Source: Phoronis australis
Taxonomy: Eukaryota > Animalia > Phoronida
DNA: 64,000 nucleotides
Reading direction: 5' to 3'
Assembly (NCBI GenBank): GCA_002633005.1
Contig: NMRA01000419.1
Location: 218,770-282,769 of the forward strand
Shown: in pieces, positions 12,241 to 25,845 of the stretch
Layout: each line of letters begins with the position of its first letter
How positions within the stretch are numbered: the stretch's first letter is position 1
Translations under genes and position numbers: made by a program
Notes under the pieces: model-generated
The model's input: only the letters and a program-made list of their open reading frames with translations
The model's database searches: none
Told to the model about the DNA's origin: nothing

Positions 12241-14784
12241 GTAGCGCAGTGATTAGATGAAAATGACGTTATGACGTTGAGCAATGAACGAAAGCTGACC
12301 TCCTGGCACTGAAGCCTCAGGGTATACCGGTACACCACTCTGAAAGTTGGTCCCTCTGATGCGATCCGGCTAAAAAATTACTGAATTGAAATCCCGTTGT
12401 TAATTGATTTCCTGCTGGATCAGCAGTAAATTAATGATCTCACTGCCGCGTACACTGGGCTGGTGTTAGTTCGTAAGAAATGCGACAGCGGCCATCATGA
12501 CAGGCTATCACTGACTAGTGAGGCCAGAGTGAACTCGCGTGATCATGACAACGCAGGAGTCAGCGAATTTGGTGGGCCCTGGGTGCATTCGGCTACAGAT
12601 TGCGAGGCACGATACATGAATAGAAGCCGACTACGCACTGTCGTGTTCTGTGAAAGTAAGCCTTTTGGCTTTATTTTGATTCTCAGTGAATACGAAAAAT
12701 TGGGACTCATGTTTTCTGTAGTGCCCGGAACGTCACTTATGCGCGGGCCACTGAGTTTTAGCCCTGGTTGTCCTGCAGTACTAGGCCTACTGCGAAGGGG
12801 TCCGGCATGTTCGAATGTACAATGTACTATAATCGGAGGAGACCTTTTCTTAAAAAATGAGTATAAAGAACATAAATACAAAGACATGAAAGACCATTTA
12901 TTAGCAAGCCGTTCTCAAGTGAGCGGCGCATTGGGGGCTGATAGCCCCCTCCCTTTTTTCACTGAGTGCTGCGCCGCCCGTGTTAACGCGCACACGAACG
13001 CTCACACGCACCCGCCCCCCTCATCATACCCACCCACTTTAAGAAGGATGTTGACGGTCAGGAAAAAGTTATGGTTAACCGGTTTCTCCACCTGAGGTTT
13101 ATGGTATTCATCTAAATTGCCATTGTTTCATAAAATTCTTTGAATATAAAATTCTATTTCTAATATCTTAAGGAAATGACAGAAACTGGGATTATTTTTT
13201 GTACATAGATACGTAACTAAAATATTTTAATTGCAAAAGAATCAAATTTAAAACTTTATTTTCGTTACTTATGGGCAAGTCAAAAATCAACGGTTTTTGT
13301 CAATCAAATTGATACTTTTTACCGACAACACCCAACTGCGTAATTCTACTGTCAATATTTTTATATTATTCCATTGAAAACGATGTGATCTACTGTTTCA
13401 GTTTGTGACTGGCAGAAAGTACATACATCAGAGTCCACCAGGTTAAATTTTTAAGAAAAGAGTTCGTATTCTATGTAATAGTTTAAACTGCATTGTATAA
13501 AACTTGAAATCGTAAGTAGTTTTAAAAGACAATGAATATAATTTTTTCCTGTCATCACCTTCTCTTTGAAATCTTTTTGGGCAATAGGCAAACTTTTGTT
13601 CTGGCAAACAATTTCAAATATAATGTTACATATTGACGTGCAGTTTAAAAAAGTTACTGACATTAAAGGTATTATTGGTCCATATATCTTAACCTCATTT
13701 GTAATGGTGTTCTCATCAGTAACGACCTAATAGAAAACAATATTCCAAAAAGTGTGTGGGTATTTGAGATTTTTTAAAATTCAGTTAATGAGTAAAACCT
13801 GTTATTTTCATCAAGTTGGTCATTAATAAAAAGAACACCGCCACTAGCGTACATGCTAAAGAAGATAGTTGTCTGTCTATTAGTATTTCATCGTTATGCC
13901 ATAAACTTGTTGAGAGTAAATTAATCGCATCTTTATGGGGCTGTTTACTTATCAGTGAAAAAAGACCAGTTATTTAGAACTTCGTTCGCTAAAACTGTCG
14001 AAATTTCGAGTAACTACCTCATGCGCGATAAGCAAACCGAATAACGCCACTTGTGGCGCCGACGGCGGACATCGCCGGTGGAGCAAATCAATCTGTGGCA
14101 AGGCACGCGCCACAAACTGAACCTATGAAACACCAGATATTTCGTGCAGCACTTGTATATAAAGATAAAAGAAACCCACAAACCAGCGGTAAAGTTGGTC
14201 AAAATTAAGACAAAACCTAAGACAATGACTCAAAGTCAAACTTAAGATCTCTTTCTTGAAAAGGAATTGAGACAAATTTAAGTTTTGTATTAAAATTTGC
14301 TGAAAGTCAGTTGGTACCGGGCCCAAGGTTGAAAATTCAACGTTGTATAGCAGATGAAATGGGGCGCTCCTTCGAAAGAAATTTTCAGTTCACTCTGCTG
14401 GAAAATACTATTGGGGTATTTAACAAAATGACTCCACCTCGTTACTGAAAACTTAATTTCAAATAAAATAAGCACTGATTGTACTTGTGTAGTCAAATTC
14501 TTGTACTCGGTGACGGTGGTGAAATTTCACTAACGTACGATTAGTAGTCGATTGTCTTTTAAAATCAAATTCGTCTGCTTGCACACACTGTTCTGGCTTT
14601 CAAAGTTAGCAGCCCGAAGCAATTGAATTTTGAGGCACACGCGGCAGCGTTAGACACTCCCCCAGGCAGGGCAAAAGACAGAAACGGTAAATTCCATCAT
14701 GGAAAGTTTTGCTGCCGGGAGTTAGTAATATAATTCACTGAGTTGCCCATCTTCTTTTGCTCACTTTTGTGTAGGAATCTTACT

Positions 14785-15320
14785 CGGCCGCGCCGCCTCC
14801 GGCCCGGCTTCAGTGGCCTGACGCGGCACCCGCGCGAAGTCGTTTCACGGCCGCACCGCCTCCGGCTGGCCGGCCCACGCGACTCGCAGGCCTCGGCCGC
14901 GCCGCCTCCGGCGAATTGGCTTGACACCACGCGACGCCGTGCCTCGGCCGGTTACGGCACCTCCCGTCCGGCGGCTTGGCCTGGCGACGCCCCAGCGACT
15001 TCTGGGCCTCGGCCGCGCCACCTCCGGCAGATTAGTGGCCTGGCCCGCCCGCGCNGAGTGGCCCGCCCGCGCGACGCGCCCTGCTTCGGCCTAATAATTA
15101 CCGCGGCCTCCGGTGGACTTGCCTCTGGCTCGCCCGCGCGACGTCGTCGGCCGAACCGCCTCCGGCGGCTTGGCGTGACCCGCCCACGCGACGCCGTGCC
15201 GCGGCCGCGCCGCCTCCGATGGCTTTGCGGCTTGGCTCGCCCGCCAACGTAACGACAAGCCTTGGCGGCGCCGCCTTCGGCAGCTTGACTTGCTGTGGCC
15301 CGACCTCGGCCGCTCTGCCT
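14785..15320. repeat. Very GC-rich degenerate tandem repeat (~50-65-bp unit, ~9 copies), with an N at 15055
   Basis: Core CGGCCGCGCCGCCTCCGGC recurs at ~14785, 14848, 14894, 14945, 15010, 15087, 15148, 15202 and 15263, with many indels. Confidence 0.8.
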
Positions 15321-17489
15321 TTGGCAACTTCCTATGAGAGTCTAGACGACGGAAGGCCTTGCACACAGGAGGTAGATCACCTGGACCCATCACGTGCTTG
15401 CTTCACCACATATTTTTATGCAAAATGAAAAGACGATTATTCCGTGTCTGCATACTAAAGAGAACAGTTTCTTAATTATTGTGATACAGTTTGCACCCAA
15501 AGCAACGGATGCTGTGCTACAACGTATGCACCTCCCCTTCAGTTAGAAGAAACCTTTTTCGATCGAAGAGTTCGAACAACCATCAGGTGCCATACGAAAA
15601 GGCATGCCGAATCTTTTACAACACTAATGTCAAACAGCAAAAATTAAGAACCGGTGATAGAACGATAAAATTTGATGTAAAATCTTTCAACTCAGTGCCA
15701 AAATGGCACAGCAATAAGTCAACTGCCCCACCAACCACTGACATATCAGCCAATTTGAGCGATCGCTGTCAGTGTTTTAACAATAAATATGAATTAGCTG
15801 TTGTTCGGCGAGAACCGGTTGACTGCTGCATTATACATTTTCACTACAGTCATCTTTTAATCTTGGAATTGGGTAAAAAACAATTGCCGAGGAGTTACTT
15901 GGACAGAAAAAAATTATCCATGATATCTTGTAATCTGTCAGAGAATGTTTGCTTGACGACATAAGGTTTGTAAAGCGAAAATAGAATTATTCCAATTTGA
16001 AGCAGGGGCGTGGCTTGCTTAAACTTGGAATTGGGTAGAAAACAACTGTGAATGCATTCAGAGGTTCCCAAACAGGCCCATAGCCGGGGGGGGGAGGTTC
16101 GATTGGTTCGATCGAACCCCCCTCCCCCTCCGCGGAAAAGATCCAGCCCCAGCTTATCCTGTTGCAGCTACCAGTACTACAAACTACAATGATAACGGAG
16201 TTAGTAATAATTTTGAATTTGCTTCTGATTTAAAGATCTTAACGTAACCATCGGGCCGTACCCGGCCAACTTCGCCCAAGTGGTATTTGATTTGCGTAGA
16301 TGACAGGACCGTGCAAACGATTAGAAGAGGCTTTATGTTACTCATCGGCACTGAACACACGTGGTGGTTACACCGTAGGGAAACAAGGGAGTCTAGAAGT
16401 AAGTGCCTATACCTAGCAAAGCTACATATGCGCAGCGAGAGAGCTCTCAAAACGTAGTGCGGTGTGAATGCCTTAAAATCGACCAAGAAACAAAACAGCT
16501 GAAAATAGGTTTGTTATTTGATATTGTTTGCTAGCGTAGTACGGTGAAGGGCAGGCGTTTTCAAATTTGAAATTGAAAGTGCTCGTCACAGACAAGTATG
16601 TTTTTTATCCCGTGTCCACTTCGATTGTGGATTGGTGGATTGACATGCATGCGTGTACACGTGTGTGCATTTCCGTCCTTTAAAATTCAGTAGAAGCCGA
16701 CGGTAAGTAACTATCAGCAACCCTCCGTCGTTGCCCAAAAAAACAGAGTTTAACTATAACCGTGTTTGCTTGCACTGAGAAAACACCGATGAGCACGCTC
16801 ACATTTTTGTGGAAAAGTCGGTCTAGACCCAATAAAAACTTTGATCAATGAAGATAGACTTCTCTTGTTAATTAGTATCAATGATGCACAGCCTCACAGA
16901 CTTAAATCTTACGATCAACTAACTTGATGGAAAAAATTCCCAAGGTTAGATGGCACTATTCCGAAGGTTCGCCACCTTCGAAAGTTATAACTACTTCGAA
17001 TGTGCAATTCCAAAACCAGAACTGCGACAATTATTGTTTTTTTCTTAAATATAAGCACAGCTCCAGGAGTCGCTACGCATTATATCCAGGTTCTAATTCA
17101 CACTTTTGCACACATTCACCAGTAAAACAGAGCTCAGAGGAGTAGGAGACACCTTTTTGCAATGCTCGATTGTCAGCCAGTGAATGCCAGGATTCCGGAA
17201 CCCAGGTCTCCCAATCAGGAGTCCCTACCTAAAAGCACTGAGCCACAGGGTTCATTACTCTGAGTGTCTGCTAATGAGTCGTAGCAGACATGAATAAAGT
17301 AATGTATTTGTGTCCATTTAGTAACCATTTAAAGGGTGTGCAAAAGTTGACAAGTTCTTAATACATTGATTTCATCGTTTACAAATGAGCTCAGTTCCAA
17401 TCCGGCACTGTCAATCGTGTTTCTGGGGCACGGTCAGGGTTGCGGCGACCAACGGTTTTCAATTTAAGAAGACTGAATGGGGCTTTTTG

Positions 17490-18840
17490 ATTTCGTAAAT
17501 TATCGACCAGTTAGCATACTGTCAGCTCTCCGCAAAATTTTTGAGAAACTCATGTTGTTGTAGATAAACCCGTTTTTAGATATTATATTGGATCCGCGGA
17601 TTGCTGCCCACAGGAGCGGATATAGCTGCCAATCAGTTTTACTACCTATGGTTGAAGATTCAGGATGTTGGCTGCTGAACAAAATCAATGTGCTGGAGCA
17701 GTGCTCATGGATCTGTGCAAAGCGTTCGACTGCCTCCCGCACCAACTTATGATGGCAAAATTAAGAGCGTACAGTGTGAGTGAACAGGTATGTGCTTTTT
17801 TATGGTCCTATCTGTCAGAAAGGAAACAGCGTGTTAGGACCGGTGGAGTGTCTAGTGATTGGCTAGATATAGTCAAGGGAGTGCCACAGGGGTCCATCAT
17901 CGGTCCAGTTCTGTTCAATATTTTTGTGAATGATATCAGTGTCTTATTTACTGAGGCTCAGTTGTATACTTATGTCGATGATAACCTCTCTCAGCAAGTG
18001 CTCTAAGGGATGAAGTCATTGTCATACTGACGTCTGAGTTTTAAAAGCAATTACCTGGTTCAAGAAAAATATGATGGAGGCAAATCCATCAAAATTTCGT
18101 TTCATTTCTTCATGACTCCAAGAACGTATCCACTGCTGTTGTCGAGGCTGAAGGAGCCAAAATCACCAGTGCGGTGGACGTTAAATTACCTGGTGTCGTA
18201 ATCGATGAGGAACTGAGTTTTGACAACCATATTAAAGTTTTATGCTGAAAGGCAAGAGCTCAGCTCACTGTTTTACAGCGTCTGGCTAGGATTCTAGACT
18301 TTAGTACCCGGATGATGATATTTCAGTTTTATTTTATCCCAGTTTCTCTACTGTGCTTTAATCTGGCATTTTTGTGGCCAAGTCAATACACATAAGATTG
18401 AACGAGTTCAATGTAGGGCTCTGCGTTTTGTATTTGATGATTTCTCTAGCTCATATGAAACACTATTACTGAGAGCTAATCTGCCTACTCTTGAGCTTGG
18501 TAGACAGAGAATGATTCTGAAAGAGGCTTTCAAAATTTTGAACCACTTGTCACCCCCATTTCTGTAGGACCTTCTTACGATTCGCAGAACCCATCATCCA
18601 ATAGGACAAACATGCCTTAAAGCAGAACTACTCGGTATGGTCTACTGTCTTTCAGAGCCTACTGCTCTAATTTGTGGAATTCTTATTAGAGGAGGCGAGA
18701 CTTTTAAGACTTTTATGCCTTTTGAGCCTCCCTGTAAGTGCAATATCTGTGATTTTTTTAATCAAACATAGTCTCCTTCCTGTGATGCTAATTGCTCAAC
18801 TTTGTTAACCTTGTATGTAGTACATTAAATTTTGTTTTAA
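17490..18840 (+). mobile_element. 5'-truncated, decayed CR1-group LINE (reverse transcriptase remnant)
   Basis: RT motifs NYRPVSILS, DLCKAFD, SYLSERKQRV, GVPQGSIIGP and YVDD (YADD-like), broken by stops and frameshifts; followed by a (CA)n tract. Confidence 0.9.
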
Positions 18841-18843
<3 letters not shown>

Positions 18844-18918
<75 letters not shown>

Positions 18919-19236
18919 NNNNNNNNNNNNNNNNNNNNNNNNNNNNNNNNNNNNNNNNNNNNNNNNNNNNNNNNNNNNNNNNNNNNNNNNNNNNNNNNNN
19001 NNNNNNNNNNNNNNNNNNNNNNNNNNNNNNNNNNNNNNNNNNNNNNNNNNNNNNNNNNNNNNNNNNNNNNNNNNNNNNNNNNNNNNNNNNNNNNNNNNNN
19101 NNNNNNNNNNNNNNNNNNNNNNNNNNNNNNNNNNNNNNNNNNNNNNNNNNNNNNNNNNNNNNNNNNNNNNNNNNNNNNNNNNNNNNNNNNNNNNNNNNNN
19201 NNNNNNNNNNNNNNNNNNNNNNNNNNNNNNNNNNNN

Positions 19237-19267
<31 letters not shown>

Positions 19268-19293
19268 AAACACACACACACACACACACACAC
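18844..19293. repeat. (CA)n microsatellite spanning an assembly gap (Ns 18919-19236)
   Basis: Seen directly in the sequence. Confidence 0.98.
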
Positions 19294-21239
19294 GTAGCCT
19301 GAGCCTATGGCTAATGTTTTTCTCTTTGTTTCATTAACCGACTATAAATAAAATGACTTGACTGGAGTTGACTTGAAGACTGGCAGGGACAGGGTAACCT
19401 GCTGACTACATTTAATTTCGCCCCGCCCGGCCGTGTGAGTGGTTCCGGTGGGTGAGATTCAGGCGTACCCTCTGACACAGCGCCACCTATACTGCAACTG
19501 TGATAGAGTTCAGGCGCAGCGGCCCTGAACTTTTCAGTCTCGCCGTGACGGAAATGATGCGACCTTGGCATGGATTTGATGAATTATTCATCAATATTCC
19601 CACACCATATTTTTTAAAATGCAATAACGTTCTCATTTTTCCGTGTTAAAACGGACATGCGGGCAATTTCGGCATGCGCATGAAATCCAAAGTATTTTAG
19701 TACCCGGGCGTTGTTTTCGGTATAGGTACACCAAATACTGAAATATCATTCATTTTTGCATCTAAAAGTGTAAAAATTACATGTGATGGTTGGTCAGACC
19801 TAATTACCATGTTTATTGCCTGCAGCTGGAGTCTATACAAAGGCTGACTCATATCGATCACTGATGCTTATACTCCCTGAAGCCCCTAAGTTTGCTTCAC
19901 AGGCAAAACTGACGTTATGTGAGTTGAAAAAATTAGTTCTTTTCACACAGCCTACAGGTTTAGTAATGATTTCAGACCCATCAAGCGCGTTTTGAGTGTC
20001 TCCGCACTATCATGAGTGTGATTCTTCCCATATTTTGGAATAGACTCCCACAACATGCCATCTCATCAGAAACAATAGGCATGTTCACAGGTCACATCTC
20101 GAACACCAATCTTACTCAGTAAACAATAAAAATTGTGTTTCTCCTGACACTAACTCGCACTTTGTTTTGTTTTGTTTTGTATTGTTTTGTTTTATTGTTA
20201 TCCGAATGGCCAGTTGCACAGTTCAGTTTATCTTCATGTGCCAACATAATAAGGATCGGTACCTCGATTATTTGTTGAAAATTGGAAGAAGAAGAGGCTG
20301 TGTGGCCGCTTCACGCAAAAGTCACTTCTGCTTGATCTTGAGATAAATATAGTTCACGTACAGAAACAGAACCAAGGACTACGGTAAGGCCCGCCAGATA
20401 GAACTGCTAGTAAATACATGAACGACTCAAAGGTGGCGCGACAATAACGGCAACGTTGCAATGGAAAAATGTGTCAGATGTGAAAAGCCATTTCCATTTT
20501 AACTCGAAGGCAGAAAGCTGCAGACTGAACGAAGGTGAGAGTATTTCCTCCTTGTCCTGTTGTCCTGATTTTCAGTGAAAGTTTTCTGATGTTGACTGAT
20601 CAATGTACTGTTAGCAAGTTAATCCTGGACCAGTGTAACTAACCACGGGCGAGGAAACTGACCACAAAATCTTGGACAGGAATTCTCTTCGTGGAACTCC
20701 ACATGAAGTTAGGCCGCAACACAACACGCAACAGGCATGAGCCATAAGACCCCGACCTAGGCAATGAAAAAGTCATTAGCCTTGCTTGGGGCAGAACACT
20801 GCAAAATCTAACGTACAATTACTGTTATTAAAAACTGTATTTTTCTGTGAGTAAACAAACTGGGCTAAAGCTGCGAAAATAATGTCGGGCGTTTAAGTCC
20901 ATCATCATAGTTAGTATCAATTTACTGAAACCTACAGACCTGTGCAGTAGCAAGGACTTTAGTGAGGCTAAATATAAAATCAATTGCGTCTCACCTGGAA
21001 GCAGAAATTCTGTACTTTCTGCAGTTCTGATTTATACAAAGATCATATGCTTTAATACGATCATATTAGTTCTCATGTACAGCTAGCTGGCTAGCTGGCT
21101 ATATTCAGTACACTATACAAAATTACCGAGTACATTCCCACAATAATCCTGAAATAGTCCAATAAACCCTATCAATATGTTTAAAGTGCCCATGTGGACT
21201 GACGCTCTTTTGCACCGGTGACGAAACACAGGCGTCCTC

Positions 21240-21879
21240 AGCTTCTGATCGTCCCCAATACAGTACTATACACTACAAGGTATGACACTGATCGGGACTA
21301 GGAATTCCACTGGTGCTTCACTTCAGTCGTCCATATCAAACACAAAACTCAACAAATTTACAGAGAAGAATGGGCTCAACACACCACGATCAATTGTTCT
21401 TTCTTCTGGTGGCATTTACATTGTCCTGCTGCAACAAGTTCGCTACAAACTGCCGCTCAAAACACAAAAATCTTCCCAAAAAGCTGATATGTAGCCACTC
21501 CAGAGTGTCTCACAGAAATTGCTGATTTGTCCTGGAAGGTCATGACATCAATAACTACACACTTAGCCAGACCATTTCATAACCTTCCGTGATGAACCGG
21601 CAATTGCCATCCATCCGTAACTCATCGGATAATTCCATACCACACTTGACCTTGAACCGAGTTCGTGAGACACTCTGGAGTGGTTATGCATCAGCTTTTT
21701 GGGAAGATTTTTTGTGTTTTGACTGCGATGGAGCAAGACACTGTTGAACCCCTGTTTTGTGTTAGTTTATAGAGTTTTGTGTTTGATATGGATGGCTAAA
21801 GTGGAGCACCCATGGAATTCCTAATCCTGAGTGTTATACCTTGTAGTGTACATAGCGTATTGGAGACGATCAGAAGCTA
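21240..21879. mobile_element. Foldback/MITE, ~640-bp imperfect palindrome
   Basis: AGCTTCTGATCGTCCCCAATAC at the left end pairs with GTATTGGAGACGATCAGAAGCT at the right end; inner arm AAATCTTCCCAAAAAGCTGAT..CCACTCCAGAGTGTCTCAC pairs with GTGAGACACTCTGGAGTGG..ATCAGCTTTTTGGGAAGATTT. Confidence 0.8.
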
Positions 21880-21922
21880 TGTAGGTTAATACCTTTCCCA
21901 ATTTTTAGATCAAACTCTGCAC

Positions 21923-22404
21923 TAGACAGTGACCACTGTCTCCAGCTAGCTCAGTAGAGACGATGTAGCTCCTATAGGCGCTTCATACGCCGGAAGCTTT
22001 TTGGCAAATTATGCCTCATACCGACTAAAACATCAAAGTAACGTTGTTATAAATACCTTATACACATAGAGGAGGCATTAGGTGATGGTTGATGTTTTTA
22101 ATTCCTTTCAACTCAAACAAATACTCCCGTTATCAAACTTTTTCTTCAAGCAGTCCTTCATTCAGTTTCCAAAATCAGTAACTGGCCATTTGTAACACGC
22201 GGCAAGTGGTATGACATCATATCGCCTGTCATGTGCAGTGTAAAAATGGCCTGTTACCGATGAACATATAGACCAATAACAATGTGACTTTGATGTTTTA
22301 GTCAGTGTGATGCATAATTTGCCAAAAAAACTTATGGTGTATGAAGCACATGTCGGAGCTACACCGGCTGTGCTAAGCCAGCTAGAGACGGTGGTCACAG
22401 TCTA
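21923..22404. mobile_element. MITE with TAGAC...GTCTA termini and a 9-bp TSD (Academ-like)
   Basis: TIRs TAGACAGTGACCACTGTCTCCAGCT / AGCTAGAGACGGTGGTCACAGTCTA; flanks ACTCTGCAC (21914-21922) and ACCCTGCAC (22405-22413). Confidence 0.8.
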
Positions 22405-23294
22405 ACCCTGCACTGGCCACAGAACGCCACATAGCTCAGGGTTCTAAGTGGAACACCATTACCACTCTCCTCTTAATACTGTCTACTTACTGCTAGAAAT
22501 CATACCACATGCATCAAACACTTAAGTTGTGCTTGGTAACGGTTCTTTGTGCCTTTTTGAACATTGTTTGCAATCCGTGCTATTGTTCAGGTTGTGCTAA
22601 GGTATATTCACCCTTCACTAAATTTTCTTAGATGTTCCGCATTTTCACAGATGATCGGAGTTATAGAGCAAGGATGACAGTAACCAAAATTACAAATCCA
22701 GAGAAGGAAATAATCGGATTGGTGGGTCGTTGATAAATGCGATTTTAGAATCAGTTACTTCCACTTTTATCAGGGGCTCACCTATCTGACAGCAATGACT
22801 GGTGTGTTTGTGTAATATGTTTGGACCATTTGCTATTTAAACCCCACATAAACTGACTCTTATTACTTTTTTTGATTACTTTTGCTGTTCACGATACGGT
22901 TCATATATAGTTAATATATCTAGTTTCTTGTTACGTGAAAGATTTTTACACAGAGTACAAATGCAATTTAAATCACAAACTTTTTCAAATTTGAAGCACT
23001 GTTGAAAGGGCCACTACTGAACTGTTGAACAAAACTGGAATCTGGACACAGCTATAGTTCTGGGCACTATTTGAAATTTCATACAGTCATGTTCTGTGTG
23101 TGGGTGATCAAGAGACTACTGAAACAAAAACATTATTTAAGCAGGTCATCGGGTCCATATTCATCAACTGTTTCTAAATCTCCATGTATTTAGTTGCTTC
23201 ACCTCAGTACAAAATATGAAACGAACTAATTAAGATGTTGTGCCACAGCAACAACATTATTACCAAGTCAACACTTGATTTTCTGGTTGTGACC

Positions 23295-23382
23295 GTCAAA
23301 GTGAGGTCATTGTCGTCAAAGTGAGGTCATTGTCGTCAAAGTGAGGTCATTGTCGTCAAAGTGAGGTCATTGTCGTCAAAGT
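23295..23382. repeat. 20-bp tandem repeat, ~4 copies
   Basis: Unit GTCAAAGTGAGGTCATTGTC. Confidence 0.9.
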
Positions 23383-23470
23383 TTATTGACACTTTGACTT
23401 GGCCCACTTGCACCCTGGTAGAAAATATTAGCATAGTCTAAAGCTTCTTTCTTGAGATACCATTACAATA

Positions 23471-24542
23471 ACCTTTCTCGTTGTCAAAATTTCACTTAAG
23501 TCGACTTAAATCAGCAGTGGCTCCTCCTTCATTTTCTCACTTACTTTAAACAAGACGTCATGTCACTTAAGTCGACTTGCACCAAGGCTGGCTTTTCCTT
23601 CATTTTGGTACAAAATCTAAAACTCCATTCTTACAATATTGTTCTAAAAATAATATTATATAAAGGGACCAAAGTTTGTGAATTATTAACAATGTCCCCC
23701 TCTTCGAAGTGGCAAAGGACAACATCTATAGGCCTCACATGGTTGCATGAGGCTGAAATTAAAGACCTGATACTCGCGCGAGACTAGATAGCTCTGAGCT
23801 GATGACACACACGCTTCTTGTAGAAATCTAAGGAGTAAGGACGAAGCGTAGGGTGCCATGAAACGAGGCGTGTTTCTCAAATGACCAAAACTTCCCCTCG
23901 TTGTTAGAATCACTTTCATCTCTTGCAAAATATCGGCACAAAAAGTGCATACTTGCTGTAGAGAAGATGTTCTGTATTTAAATTGCAAGTTATGGGGTGA
24001 NACCTTTCTCGTTGTCAAAATTTCACTTAAGTCGACTTAAATCAGCAGTGGCTCCTCCTTCATTTTCTCACTTACTTTAAACAAGACGTCATGTCACTTA
24101 AGTCGACTTGCACCAAGGCTGGCTTTTCCTTCATTTTGGTACAAAATATGAACAAAATCTAAAACTCCATTCTTACAATATTGTTCTAAAAATAATATTA
24201 TATATAGGGACCAAAGGTTGTGAATTATTAACAATGTCCCCCTCTTCGAAGTGGCAAAGGACAACATCTATAGGCCTCACATGGTTGCATGAGGCTGAAA
24301 TTAAAGACCTGATACTCGCGCGAGACTAGATAGCTCTGAGCTGATGACACACACGCTTCTTGTAGAAATCTAAGGAGTAAGGACGAAGCGTAGGGTGTCA
24401 TGAAACGAGGCGTGTTTCTCAAATGACCAAAACTTCCCCTCGTTGTTAGAATCACTTTCATCTCATGCAAAATATCGGCACAAAAAGTGCATACTTGCTG
24501 TAGAGAAGATGTTCTGTATTTAAATTGCAAGTTATGGGGTGA
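23471..24542. other. ~530-bp duplication across a single N (24001): probable unmerged haplotype/contig overlap
   Basis: 23471-24000 is nearly identical to 24002-24542, differing by a few SNPs and a 10-bp indel. Confidence 0.85.
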
Positions 24543-25381
24543 TCACATATTAGTATCACTATATTCTACGACCACAATGCTTAGGCACCACAATGCTTAG
24601 GCCAATTACAAGAAAAAAATGTAAGGACTGAGGGGTGGTGTATGCTGTAAAAATAATTGCAGGCGTTCTGATACACATTGTACCAGACGTGCGCAGGCCA
24701 CTCAGGGGTGCTCATTGTACTGATCAACTGGAACCATTTTTATGCTTTATTATATAGTTAAATCCGAGCTGACTCAAGGGTTTAGCAGTGTGACCCAGTG
24801 GGACTTGAACCCACGACCTCCAGTACAAAGAATGCGGTCACCTATCACTAGGCCATGCTACTGCCTCTGTGTGTATGTTATATGTACCGCAACACTTTGA
24901 AGTCATGGTAGTGGTCTTGGGTTCAAAGATCAGCTGTTGGATATATAATAAAACCAAACATTTTCATAATCCTAGCAATGATTTTAGGGAGTGCGGTCTA
25001 CATTTCTGATGCAGAAATCCGTTTCACTATGATTGCTCACTGCCCATAACCACTTATTACCAAACTGATACATGTGATCTGACTTTAATTTACAGCAGCT
25101 TTTTTACAAACTGAATGGAGATGAAATAGGCAAAGAAATAATATAGCAGAGTTATTCTGGCTTAAATTTGCTTTTTGTATAGCAAACTTATGGATGTGAA
25201 AACATCTGCTTTTGGGATTGACATAAAACTTTAACACCTGTGTGGTGATTTGTGCTTTATGAAACTGCAGGCCGTGTAAAGACGATTGTCTTGCAAGTTG
25301 GGATACTTGACACTAACATGTCTGTGTGTCTGCACCTGAAATTCTGCATTTTCTCGTGTGGAAATTAGATCAACTGTCTGA

Positions 25382-25482
25382 GGTACGCAGTGCCAGCTAA
25401 GCATGTATGGTACGCAGTGCCAGCTAAGCATGTATGGTACGCAGTGCCAGCTAAGCATGTATGGTACGCATTGCCAACTAAA
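25382..25482. repeat. 27-bp tandem repeat, ~3.7 copies
   Basis: Unit GGTACGCAGTGCCAGCTAAGCATGTAT. Confidence 0.9.
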
Positions 25483-25644
25483 CATTTATGGTAAGAATTC
25501 ATTGTTTTATAAATACCAACACATCTTATCATAAATTTTTAAGATATGTAGGTATTGAAGAAATACCTGTGTCAGTCTGTGACCACTTAATCATTGTAAA
25601 TTGTAGGTAGGAAGTGTTCGACATCAATATGAGACATTGTCAAC

Positions 25645-25845
25645 ATGCGACGAAGCACTAAGCGACTTGTGAAGTATGTGGCCGCTGGCGGTCTCATTTT
25701 TGTCCTGGCTCCCATTGTGTTGAAGAACCTGCTACAAGAGCGCAACCAAGACATAGATGTGCAGCTCAAACCGGTTAAACGACATAACATGATAGATAAT
25801 GTCGTACCCATTGATGGGGTAAATAGACTAAAACATCAGGAGCAG
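25645..25845 (+). CDS. GALNT10: GALNT10-like exon 1 (cytoplasmic tail, TM, stem)
   Basis: [30 protein letters not shown]...EQ|GTAAGT, phase 0. Confidence 0.88.

Noticed and set aside
12463-13095. 210-aa ORF, the longest in the track
   Set aside because: Non-ATG start, no recognisable domain, no supporting splice structure; probably a chance ORF in transposon-derived sequence.
14697-15428. Arg/Pro/Ala-rich ORFs
   Set aside because: Stop-poor GC-rich degenerate repeat containing an N.
18788-19337. HT/CV dipeptide ORFs
   Set aside because: Translation of the (CA)n tract and the N gap.
20441-20540. Candidate GALNT 5'-UTR exon with donor AAG|GTGAGA at 20535
   Set aside because: Plausible, but supported only by a donor-like motif, so it is not annotated as a feature.
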